NCBI GenBank assembly: GCA_963771175.1 | Contig: CAVYSY010000025.1 | Coordinates: 64,001-128,000, forward strand | Direction: 5' to 3' | DNA length: 64,000 bases | DNA from: an uncultured delta proteobacterium | GTDB lineage: Bacteria > Myxococcota > Myxococcia > Myxococcales > Myxococcaceae | Shown: positions 1 through 8,735 of the stretch, piece after piece | How positions within the stretch are numbered: position 1 is the first letter of the stretch | How the letters are laid out: the number at the start of each line of letters is the position of its first letter | Translations under genes and position numbers: made by a program | The notes under the pieces: model-generated | What the model saw: only the letters and a program-made list of their open reading frames with translations | The model's database searches: none | Told to the model about the DNA's origin: nothing

Positions 1-671
1 GGTCTCGCGCAGAACCTGACCGGCGAGCAGCTTCTCGATGACGCACTACGCGGCCCTCTTCCGCGCGGTGACGCAGGAGAAGGTCTTCCACTTCGAGCGA
101 CCTGTACGATGCACTGGCCGGACCTCCCGTCGGACGTGGAGATCGCCTACGCGCAGAGCGCGGCCTTCGTGGCGTGGCTGTCGGCGCAGCACGGGCCGGA
201 GGGCATGGGCCGGCTGGTGGACGCGGTGGGCGCGGGCCAGCCCTTCGAGCACGGCCTTCGGCAAGGCCTTCCAGATCCTCGCTGTGGGTGGAGGAGCTGG
301 CGTGGCGCGAGGGGCTGGCGGCGCGCTACGGCTGGCTGCCGCTGACGACGAGCACCTCGCTGCTGTGGCTCGGGGCGACGGGGCTGGTGGTGGCGGCGTA
401 CGTGCGGCGGCGGCAGCAGAAGGCCGTGAAGCTGGCGGAGATGGAGGAGCAGGAGGCCGCCGAGGAGGCAGCGATGCGCGCGGCCTTCGAGGCGGAGATG
501 GCCCAGCAGCAGCAGGAGCTGGCCGTCTCGCCCGTGCCGCAACCGGTGGACGCATCGGACGTGACGGACACGGCCTCCGCCGAATGGCCCGAGGGGCCCG
601 CCGCCCGAGGCGCGGAGTTCGAGGAGGATGAGGAAACACCGCCTCGTCCGACCAAGCCGACCCTGCACTGA
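1..671 (+). CDS. Peptidase MA-like (gluzincin-type) membrane protein, 3' part; frameshifted in this sequence
   Basis: Pieces in successive frames read coherently: GLAQNLTGE, THYAALFRAV, WPDLPSDVEIAYAQSAAFVAWL, then a TM helix (LLWLGATGLVVAAYV) and an acidic tail ending at TGA 671. The AYAQS..FV..L helix is typical of Peptidase_MA-type proteins. The catalytic HExxH motif is outside the window. Confidence 0.55.
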
Positions 672-845
672 GCAGGCGAGCCGCGGCCCGGTGGGAAAAG
701 ACGTTCCCACCCACGCGACCGCGGCACCCACTCGGGGCCAATCCGTCACCCTCCACGAAAAATCTACAGTCCGATGGAGGGCTCTCCGCACCGGGGAGCC
801 GAGCCAAACGACTGATTTCACTGTCCACTCACCGTGCTCGGGCGC

Positions 846-862
846 TGGCACACTGGCTTGCT
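846..862 (+). promoter_or_regulatory. Possible sigma-54 (-24/-12) promoter
   Basis: TGGCACACTGGCTTGCT lies ~33 nt upstream of ATG 895. It matches TGGCAC..TTGC, but the GG-GC spacing is 11 rather than 10, which could be an indel. Confidence 0.3.
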
Positions 863-894
863 TAAGACGGCGCCACGAGAACGGAGGACGGTGA

Positions 895-1416
895 ATGGCG
901 GAGAGAGCACGGCGGGCAGCGGGAGTGGCGAGGGTGTTCGAGGGGCAGCCCGAGCGGCTCGCGGCGGCATGGCGGCGGGTGCGCTACGCCGAGTCGAAGA
1001 AGAACGGAGCCCCGCCGCGCAACCAGTTGGACGGCGTGGTGGAGCCCTTCATCCGCGAGGTGGGTCGCAACCTCGAGGGCAAGGAGGGCAGCCCGTGGAG
1101 TCGGACGCGAGCCGTGCTGAGGCTGGTGCCGACGCGCGGAGTGCGCGCACTGCACGAGGAGTTCGCCTCGCTGCGCCGCTGCCTGGTGGATGCCGTGGAG
1201 GCGCTCGGCGGGGGTGACGCGGAGCGGGCGGTGGTGAACCGCGCGGTGGACGAGGCGGTGGACTCGGCGGTGGCGCTGCTGGAGCGCCTGGCCAACCCGC
1301 TCGCGCCCAGGCCGCGAGTGCCCTTCGCGGGCGTGGTGGTTCAACTTTTCGAGCGCGCATCGGGGTCGGCGCGGGTGAGGCCCACGACGGACGACGGCCG
1401 CGTGGCGGTGCATTGA
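895..1416 (+). CDS. Hypothetical all-helical protein, possibly RsbRD N-terminal-like
   Basis: 173-aa ORF with a GGAGG RBS and typical codon usage. The motifs EEFASLRR and VNRAVDEAV resemble RsbRD_N-type helices (inference). Confidence 0.7.
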   Translation: MAERARRAAGVARVFEGQPERLAAAWRRVRYAESKKNGAPPRNQLDGVVEPFIREVGRNLEGKEGSPWSRTRAVLRLVPTRGVRALHEEFASLRRCLVDAVEALGGGDAERAVVNRAVDEAVDSAVALLERLANPLAPRPRVPFAGVVVQLFERASGSARVRPTTDDGRVAVH

Positions 1417-1428
1417 GTTGAGGGGGGT

Positions 1429-1630
1429 GCCGACCCGTCCGGCTTGATGCCTCCAGTCACTGGGAGGCGTCCGAGGGCCCGGCGGTTGAAGGGGGCGCGC
1501 TGACGGGATGGGGGTCCCGAGGCGCGAAAAGGGGCGTGCTCCCGCCCGGGGGGACGGTGAGCGCGCAGGAGTGGCCGCAGGAAGCCGCGTGGTCGGGGGG
1601 CCACGTGCCTTGACGGCTGGACGGGTCGGC
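1429..1630 (+). ncRNA. Candidate structured non-coding RNA (~202 nt)
   Basis: A 16-bp closing stem pairs GCCGACCCGTCCGGCT (1429-1444) with GGCTGGACGGGTCGGC (1615-1630) and encloses several hairpins. The non-Watson-Crick pairs are G-U on the + strand. GTTGTTTT follows. Confidence 0.55.
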
Positions 1631-1642
1631 GTTGTTTTCCGG

Positions 1643-1683
1643 GGGCGGATGCGTACGTCAGTGCGCGTCCGCCCACGTCTTTT
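1643..1683 (+). terminator. Hairpin or terminator overlapping the duplicated polA stop codon
   Basis: GGGCGGATGCGTAC-gtca-GTGCGCGTCCGCCC forms a 14-bp stem with G-U pairs, followed by ACGTCTTTT. Confidence 0.5.
1656..1682. repeat. 27-bp direct repeat, copy 1 (att-like duplication of the polA 3' end)
   Basis: CGTCAGTGCGCGTCCGCCCACGTCTTT is identical to 3673-3699 and encodes KTWADAH-stop on the - strand. Confidence 0.95.
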
Positions 1684-1697
1684 CAGGCTTCCGCGCT

Positions 1698-2276
1698 TCA
1701 GGCCTCCCTGAACCTGGTGCCGGTAATCCCCGCGCTCTCCATGGCCCGTTTGACGCGCTCAGTGACGATGATGGCACCCGTCCACCCCCAAGGACGGCAG
1801 ATGCTGACGTCTCCCATGCTGGCCGGATCCACCTTCAATCCCCTGACATTCTGATACTTGCCGACCAGTTCCGGCTCCCCGTCCTCGGGCGTCCAGTGCA
1901 GCGCCGTTTCACACCGGGCGTCGTCGATGCACCGGATGATGTGCAAGGTGTTGAGGATGAAGTAGGGCTCCGTACGCCCTTCCACCTGAGCGGGAATGAA
2001 TTGGACCTCTTTTCCAAGCTCTAGCTGCTCGAAGAGAGAGACGACGCGCTCGGTCACCACGGGAGTGGCAAGCTCGGTCAGACTGAAATCCAGCGGGATG
2101 CCAGGATGGGCGATACCGAGGACAGGTCTTCCTTCCAGATGGAGAATCTTCCCTTTGTCGAACATCCAGGGGTCCAATCTTCTCCCATGCTCATCGACAT
2201 CCTTTTGATGCAACACCCAGCGACCCGGCACATCCATCTCGTCCCACAACTCGAAATAACGGAAAGGAGAGCTCAT
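1698..2276 (-). CDS. Imm11/DUF1629-family immunity protein
   Basis: 192-aa ORF (MSSPFRYFELWDEMDVPGRW..PLDFS..YFILN..IRCIDD..RPWGW..IIVTERVKRAME..GITG..F) directly downstream of the AHH toxin, with motifs typical of myxobacterial Imm11 proteins. Confidence 0.85.
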   Translation of the reverse strand: MSSPFRYFELWDEMDVPGRWVLHQKDVDEHGRRLDPWMFDKGKILHLEGRPVLGIAHPGIPLDFSLTELATPVVTERVVSLFEQLELGKEVQFIPAQVEGRTEPYFILNTLHIIRCIDDARCETALHWTPEDGEPELVGKYQNVRGLKVDPASMGDVSICRPWGWTGAIIVTERVKRAMESAGITGTRFREA

Positions 2277-3656
2277 GGCCTCTCGTGGCAAGTTTGTTGA
2301 GCTTCGAGCCGGACGTGCATACGTCACCAGCAATCCTGTCAAGAGCGTTGATCAGCCTTCTCCTACAGTCGAACTGGGCCTTGCAGTCCCCAAGTTCGGC
2401 TCGGAGGCGACTGAACACCTCTTCATGGTACTCCTTGGGATGTGGACCTACGTGACCTATGAGATAGATGATGTTCGCTGGATCATCGAGGCTCATGCCC
2501 GCTCGGGCGAAGAGAGTCTCGAAACGTGGGGTCCAAGGGCCACCGCTGGCATCTGATGTGTCGTTCTTGTTCGTGGCGAGATGATGACCCTTGGCATCCC
2601 CCTTGTCCGAGGCATCTCGGCACGCCCCCGTCGTCCGGGCGGAAGTGATTGCCGAGGCGACTGCGGAGACCGTCGCGTTCGCTGACACGCCCATGAGCAA
2701 CACCGTGCCATCCGCCACGTTGACGTGAGCACGTGCTCCAGCCCCGACCGTGAATCCTCCCCCAGCGCCGCCTCCGCCACCGAACGCGAAGCGCGGGGGC
2801 GAGAGGCGCGCCCACAGCCCTCCTTTGGGCACTTCCGGCAACCCCTTGGCCAGCTTCGCCCCCGCCACCGTCACCAGCACCCGCAGCCCCACTCCTCCCA
2901 TTGCCTTGCCCGAAGCGCTCGGCCACCGCCTCCAACTGCTCCTGTGTCCTCGCAGCCTCCGCCTCCCGGTACAGGTTCAGGCAGGCCAGCCCAACGTTGT
3001 AGAGTTCCGTCGCGGTGTAGGTCAGCAGACAGCCCCAGCGTCACTGCCGCGGCGAACGCCTTGGAGAACAGCGGCTCGGGCATAGCCCACGCCGCCATGT
3101 ACAGCATCATGGACAGGGCTATGGAATACGCGACCGTGGGAGAGCCTAGCAATTCCAAGGCTGCCTCGCGCACGCCCTCGTCCATGTAGCGTGGCGAGAG
3201 TTTGAGGGCCAGGAACCACCGGCTGTTCTCCAGGGAGGAAGGCAGCGGTATGGATGAAGGACCGTAGACTTCTACGTATCCCGCGTGGACACGCCTCTCC
3301 AGGTCCGAAGGCTGGGTGCTCGTTTGTGGCCCGCAGGCAATGCCTGTCGCGACCACACAGGCCGTCAGTCGCCTGGAGGGGCTCGACTCCGATAGCAGCC
3401 CAGGCGCCTGGAATACCAGCTCCATGGCCTTCACGAACACTCGCGCTTCCTCCACGGAGAACCGTGCCAGGGCCAGGTCCGGCCGGAGAGGTTTGAAGGT
3501 GAGCTTGAGCCCGTCACCGTGTGTGGAGCTGAAATGCTCGCGCACCGTCACGGGCTCCAACACCGAGAGGTGCCCTTCGACCGCGGGCGGAGTCGCTCGG
3601 GCTGGGAGCGGCACCAACAGCAGCAGGCAAAGGGCAAGGACAACGTGCGGAGACAT
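2191..3656 (-). CDS. Polymorphic toxin with a SitA5-like N-terminal region and a C-terminal AHH (HNH-fold) nuclease; frameshift near 3030
   Basis: ORFs 2871..3656 and 2191..2901 join into one protein. It has a signal peptide, YMAAWAMPEPLFSKAFAAAVT (PEP..K motif of SitA-type toxins) and AHH motifs GHHLATNKN and GHVGPHPKEYH. The true stop may be the ATGA overlap at 2273-2276. Confidence 0.8.
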
Positions 3657-3672
3657 CAGTCCTCCCTGAATG

Positions 3673-3699
3673 CGTCAGTGCGCGTCCGCCCACGTCTTT
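3673..3699. repeat. 27-bp direct repeat, copy 2 (functional polA 3' end)
   Basis: Identical to 1656-1682. Confidence 0.95.
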
Positions 3700-6386
3700 C
3701 CCGCCCCCACTTCCACCTTGAGGGGCACCTTGAGCTGCATCACCGCGGACATGCACCGCCGCGACAGCTCCTTGACGGTGTCCACCTCGGCGTCCGGCGA
3801 CTCGAAGAGGAGCTCGTCGTGCACCTGCAGCAGCATCCGCGTGCGCAGGCGCTGCTTCTCCAGCTCCGCCTGCACCGCCAGCATGGCCTTCTTGATGAGG
3901 TCCGCCGCCGTGCCCTGGATGGGCATGTTGATGGCGGCGCGCTCGGCGGCCTGCACCACCTGGCGGTTCTTCGCGTTCAGGTCCGCCATGGGCCGGCGCC
4001 GCCCGAAGAGCGTCTCCACGTAGCCCTTCGTGCGCGCCTCCTTCACCGTCTCGTCGAGGTAGCGCTTGATGCCCGCGTAGCGCGTGAAATAGCGCTCGAT
4101 GATGTCGCGCGCCTCCTCCTGCGGGATGTTGAGTCGCGTCGACAGCCCGTGCGGGCTCAGCCCGTAGGCGATGCCGAAGTTCACCGTCTTGGCCACCCGG
4201 CGCTGATCTCTCGTCACCTGGTCCGGCGCCACGCCGAAGATCTCCGCCGCCGTGCGGCTGTGGATGTCCTCGTCCTGGGCGAAGGCGTCGATGAGGACCG
4301 GGTCCTCGGCGATGTGCGCCAGCAGCCGCAGCTCGATCTGGCTGTAGTCCGCGGAGACGAGCTGGTGGCCCTCCTCGGCGATGAAGGCCCGGCGGATCTC
4401 CATGCCCAGCTCGGTGCGGATGGGGATGTTCTGCAGGTTCGGGTCCGACGAGGACAGCCGCCCGGTGGCCGTGGCCGCCTGGTGGTAGGTGGTGTGGATG
4501 CGCCCATCCCTCGCCACCAGGTCCGGCAGCGTGTCCAGGTAGGTGCTCTTGAGCTTGGACAGCGAGCGGTACTCGATGATGGCGCGCGGCAGCGGGTGGA
4601 TCTCCGCCAGCTTCTCCAGCACTTCCTGGTCCGTGGAGGGGCCCGTCTTGCCGCGCTTGAGGACCGGCAGCTCCAGCTTCTTGTAGAGCACCTCCGCGAG
4701 CTGCGGGTTGGAGCCCACGTTGAACTCGGTGCCCGCGAGGGTGTGAATCTCCTTCACCTTCAGCTCGCAGTCGGCGCCGACCTTCTCGGAGATCTCCCGG
4801 AGGACCCTCACGTCCAGCTTCACGCCGTACCCTTCCATGCGTGCCAGCAGCGGCACCAGTGGCAGCTCCAGCTCGCGCGCGAGCTGTGCCAGCTTCAGGG
4901 CCTCCAGCTCCTCCCACAGCCCGGGCGCCAGCCGCCGCGCCGCGTCCGCCCGGACCGCGTAGGCCAAGGCCACCTCCTGGGGCGAGAAGTCCTTCAGCGG
5001 TCGTGCCTTGCGTCCGCCGGTGGAGGGCAGCTCGGGCAGGTCCGCCTGGAGCCGCTCGCGGGTGAGGATGTCCAGGCCGTGGTCGCGCCGAGAGGCGTCC
5101 AGCAGGTAGCTGAGCAACTCGACGTCGTCCTCCCCTCCCCTCAGCCGGATGCCCTCGCGATCGAGCAGCAGCGTGAGGCTCTTGAGGTCATGCCCGCCCT
5201 TCTTCACGGACTCGTCCTCCAGCACGCCCCGGAGGGCCTCCTGGAAGTCCGCGGGCCGCACCTGCTCCACGCCCAGCCCCTCGTGGCTCAGCGGCACGTA
5301 GCGCGTGGTGCCGTCCTTCAGCGCCACGCCCAGACCCACCAGCGGCGCGGCGTAGGGCAGGCCCTCGTACGCGGGGATGAGCGTCACCGCCCCCGCCTCG
5401 CGCACCGCCTGGGCCAGCGCCTGGAGCGCCTCCTTCGTGGTGACGATCTCCGTCTCCAGGGTCAGCTTCGTGGGCTCCGTCGAGGGCCCCTTCGCGGACT
5501 CCGCCGTGGCTCCCTTCGCCGGCAGCTCCCGGAGCAGCGCGGAGAACTCCAGCTCGGTGAAGAGCTGACGGAGCTGCTCGTCCTTGAGGGGCTGGCGCTT
5601 CAGGTCCTCGACGGACACGTCCAGCTTCAGGTCCGTGCGGAACGTCACCAGGTCGCGCGCGCGCAGGAGGCTCTCGCGGTGCGACTCGATCGCCTCGCGC
5701 ATCTTCGGCTTCTTCACCTCGGAGACGCGCTCGAGCAGCGCGTCCACGCCGCCGAACTGGTGCAGCAGCTCCACCGCCGTCTTCGGGCCGATGCCCGGCA
5801 CCTTGGGGACGTTGTCCACCGCGTCGCCGATGAGCGACAGGTAGTCGCGCATCTGCGTGGGCTCGATGCCCAGCCGCGCCTTCACCTCGGCGGGGTCCGT
5901 GTAGCGCTCGTTCTGCGGATCGTAGAGGTGGACGTCGTCGTCCACGATCTGCACGAAGTCCTTGTCCCCGGTGACGACGAGGACGCAGAAGCCCTCGGCC
6001 TTGGCGCGCTTCGCGAGCGTGCCGATGACGTCATCCGCCTCCCAGCCGGCCACCTCCAGCACGGGGAGGTTGAGCCCCTCCACCACCCGGCGGATGTAGG
6101 GGAACTGCTGGGCCAGGTCCTCCGGCAGGGCCTCCCGGTTGGCCTTGTAGTTGGGATCGATCTTCTGGCGCTCGACGCGGCTCTCCTTGTCGAAGGCGAG
6201 CGCCACGTGCGTGGGATTCAGCTCCTTGAGCGCCTTGAGGACCTGCCGGGTGAAACCCAGGGTGGCGTTGGTGGGCACGCCCTGGCGGTTCGTGAGGGGA
6301 GGAATCGCGTGATAGGCGCGGAAGATGAAGCTGGAGGCGTCGATCAGGACGAGGCGGGGAGCGCCGCTGGAAGGGCTCGGGACCAT
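3675..6386 (-). CDS. polA: DNA polymerase I
   Basis: 903 aa with a 5'-3' exonuclease domain (LIDASSFIFRAYHA, EADDVIGTL) and polymerase motifs ADYSQIELR, AKTVNFGIAYG and LLQVHDEL. Confidence 0.98.
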   Translation of the reverse strand: MVPSPSSGAPRLVLIDASSFIFRAYHAIPPLTNRQGVPTNATLGFTRQVLKALKELNPTHVALAFDKESRVERQKIDPNYKANREALPEDLAQQFPYIRRVVEGLNLPVLEVAGWEADDVIGTLAKRAKAEGFCVLVVTGDKDFVQIVDDDVHLYDPQNERYTDPAEVKARLGIEPTQMRDYLSLIGDAVDNVPKVPGIGPKTAVELLHQFGGVDALLERVSEVKKPKMREAIESHRESLLRARDLVTFRTDLKLDVSVEDLKRQPLKDEQLRQLFTELEFSALLRELPAKGATAESAKGPSTEPTKLTLETEIVTTKEALQALAQAVREAGAVTLIPAYEGLPYAAPLVGLGVALKDGTTRYVPLSHEGLGVEQVRPADFQEALRGVLEDESVKKGGHDLKSLTLLLDREGIRLRGGEDDVELLSYLLDASRRDHGLDILTRERLQADLPELPSTGGRKARPLKDFSPQEVALAYAVRADAARRLAPGLWEELEALKLAQLARELELPLVPLLARMEGYGVKLDVRVLREISEKVGADCELKVKEIHTLAGTEFNVGSNPQLAEVLYKKLELPVLKRGKTGPSTDQEVLEKLAEIHPLPRAIIEYRSLSKLKSTYLDTLPDLVARDGRIHTTYHQAATATGRLSSSDPNLQNIPIRTELGMEIRRAFIAEEGHQLVSADYSQIELRLLAHIAEDPVLIDAFAQDEDIHSRTAAEIFGVAPDQVTRDQRRVAKTVNFGIAYGLSPHGLSTRLNIPQEEARDIIERYFTRYAGIKRYLDETVKEARTKGYVETLFGRRRPMADLNAKNRQVVQAAERAAINMPIQGTAADLIKKAMLAVQAELEKQRLRTRMLLQVHDELLFESPDAEVDTVKELSRRCMSAVMQLKVPLKVEVGAGKTWADAH

Positions 6387-6478
6387 AGGCTCCCGGCCTT
6401 AATCGAGCCTACCGCCCGCTGTCCATGCCGAGCCGCGACCCGGGAGCACCCTTCACCGCTCCCGGGGGACTCCGGACG

Positions 6479-8728
6479 TCAGCAGCCGTTCTCCTTCTTC
6501 ATCGCGGCCACCCGCGCATCGAGCCCATCGCCCGGGACGGCGTAGTCCAGCACGACGTCCAGATCCGCGCAGGTCGACGCCTCTTTGATGGCGGAGAGGC
6601 CACGGGTGGAGCACCGGCCCACCTGCGAGTTGAGGTCCGTGTTGCCCGCGTAGAAGCGGAAGCCCAGCTTCCAGATGCGGCAGGAGCGGCGCTTGTCCCC
6701 GCGATCATCCCAGTACTTGCCCCGGGTGATGGCGGCGGTGGCCATGTCGTGCTGGATGTTGCGCCGGTAGAAGGACGGCTTGGACTCGGCCAGGTCGCCC
6801 ATGAGCCGCTTGTCCACCTCCAGCGCCTCCAGCAGCGGCTCCTCGGCCTTCTCCACGTCCTCCTTCTGCAGGTAGCCCTGGCCGGTCTTGAAGAGCTGGT
6901 CCACGTTGTTCACTTCGGCGATCAGCTTGTCCGCATCGCTGTGGTACTGGGACAGCTCGTAATTGCCGCGCAGCCGCTGCAGGGTGGCGATCGCCTCGTT
7001 CCCGCGCCCACCGTGGTAGTCCATCATCGCGGCGACCATGAACTTGTTGGGGAGACGCTGCTTGAAGGCGGCCTCCACCTGCACCTTCGGATCCGGCGCC
7101 GCCTCGTCCACCATGAAGATGTCCGACACGGGGCACCGCCAGGGGGTGGCGTCGGGCATCACCCGGTGCCGGGCGTTGAGGAAGTCCAGGTAGAGCTTGT
7201 GCTTCGGCCGCCACTCGGTGCGACCCAGCCGCTTGTTCTTGTCGAGCACCAGGGTGTAGCCGATCGGCGGCTCCAGCTCCTCCTTGGTCATCTTCTGGCA
7301 GGCGTAGCCCATGTACTTCTCGCACTGGGGCACCGCGGTGCTCCACTGGCTGTCGCGCAGGTAGCGCTTGCAGTCGTCCTCCGCGCGCTTGATGACCTTC
7401 TCCACCGCCTCCAGCACCTTGGGCTTGGCCCGGCGGAAGTACGCGCTGTCCTTGGGGATCTTCCGGAAGAGATCCAACGCCTCCACTTCCTTGGAGCGCG
7501 CGAGCGCCTTCTCGCCCTGGACGAAGTTCTCCGCGGCCTCCTTCTCGACCTTGATGCGGCGCATGAGGGTGTTGGCCTCGGCGTGGATCGGATCGATGTC
7601 CAACGCCTGGGAGCAGGCCGCCTCGGCCTTCACCCAGTCGGGCTCGCCGCCCATCTCCGTGGAGGAGAAGGAGCGGCACTGGCTGAGCAGCTCCTGCACC
7701 TGCTCCGCCGGGGTCTGGGGCGGAGGAGCCTTCTGCGCCATCGGCTTTGTCCCCGCCACGCCACCACCGCCGCCACCGCTGACGCTCTTGACGATGCCCG
7801 CCACCAACAGCAGGCCGACCACGCTGGCGGCCACCACCAGCAGCTTCTTGCGCGAGGCCGGGATTCCCGCCGCTGGCGCCTCCGCCTCCGCCGCGCCGCC
7901 CGCACCGCGCCGGCCAGGCACATCACCGCGCCCGCCACGCACGGGCAGCCTGGAGGCCCCGCCACTCTCGAACACCAGCTCCACCATGCCGAATGTGACG
8001 ATGTCCCCCGGCTGCAGCACCACCTCCTCGGTGCCCACCGGCTCGCCATTCACGAGCGTGCCGTTGGCGCTGCCCAGATCGCGCAGGACCACGCCCGCGG
8101 GTGTGGCCTCCACCTCGGCGTGCTTGCGGCTCACCGAGTCGTCCTCGAGGACCACCGAGGCAGGCGCCAGACGGCCCACCACCAGCTTGCCCTTCACGGG
8201 GAACTTCTGGTTGGCCCAGGGGCCGGTGAGGCCCTGAGCACCGGGGGGCCGCCGCCCGTCGCTGGATCGCCCGCGGGGGCGGGCCGGGGACGCTTCGCCA
8301 GCGCCGCGGGGCCTCCCGCGCCCGGGGCCGGCCGCTTCATCGCGGGCATGGCCCGGGTGGCGCGCGGGTTGTCGCCCAGCTCCTCCGGCTCCTCGCTCGC
8401 GGGCTTCGCCGCCTTGCGCGCACCGAGGCAGAGGGACGAGCCGAGGCCTTGAGCCGCATCTCGTAGTCGCCCACCAGCACCTGGGACTTGGGCGTGAGCG
8501 GCGTCATGCCGGTGATGCGCTCACCGTCCACGAAGGTGCCGTTGGCGCTGCCCACGTCCTCCACCAGCACCTTGCCGCCCTCGTCGAAGAAGCGGGCGTG
8601 CCGGCGCGACACGCCGCCCTCGGCAAGGACCAGATCTTGGTGCCTTCCTGGCGGCCGATCTTCAGCTCACCGGAAAGCTCGTGCTCGCTCTCGCTGCCGT
8701 CGGGGTGACGGATGACCAGGGTCGCCAT
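6479..8728 (-). CDS. kilD: Membrane protein with two FHA domains and a Cys/TPR-like C-terminal region (KilD-like); frameshifted
   Basis: FHA motifs IGR..VSRRHA..DVGSANGTFVDG and VGR..SVSRKHA..DLGSANGTLVNG, then a TM helix (LLVVAASVVGLLLVAGIV). It lies between the CpaF ATPase gene and polA, as I recall for the M. xanthus kil cluster. Confidence 0.75.
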
Positions 8729-8735
8729 GACGACG

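Larger units (their letters stand above)
1656..3699 (-). mobile_element. Toxin-immunity islet without integrase, inserted at the polA 3' end
   Basis: Two genes sit between perfect 27-bp direct repeats. The DNA is visibly more AT-rich than the flanks. No recombinase or transposase ORF lies inside. Confidence 0.75.

Noticed and set aside
1429..1630. Retron msr-msd, 6S RNA, SRP RNA, tmRNA or RNase P RNA as the identity of the structured region
   Set aside because: There is no reverse transcriptase nearby and no long msd hairpin. The fold is branched rather than a 6S-like rod. The conserved SRP, tmRNA and RNase P sequence motifs were not found.
1656..3699. IS element or prophage
   Set aside because: No transposase, integrase or phage gene is present, and the 27-bp repeat is longer than typical IS target duplications.
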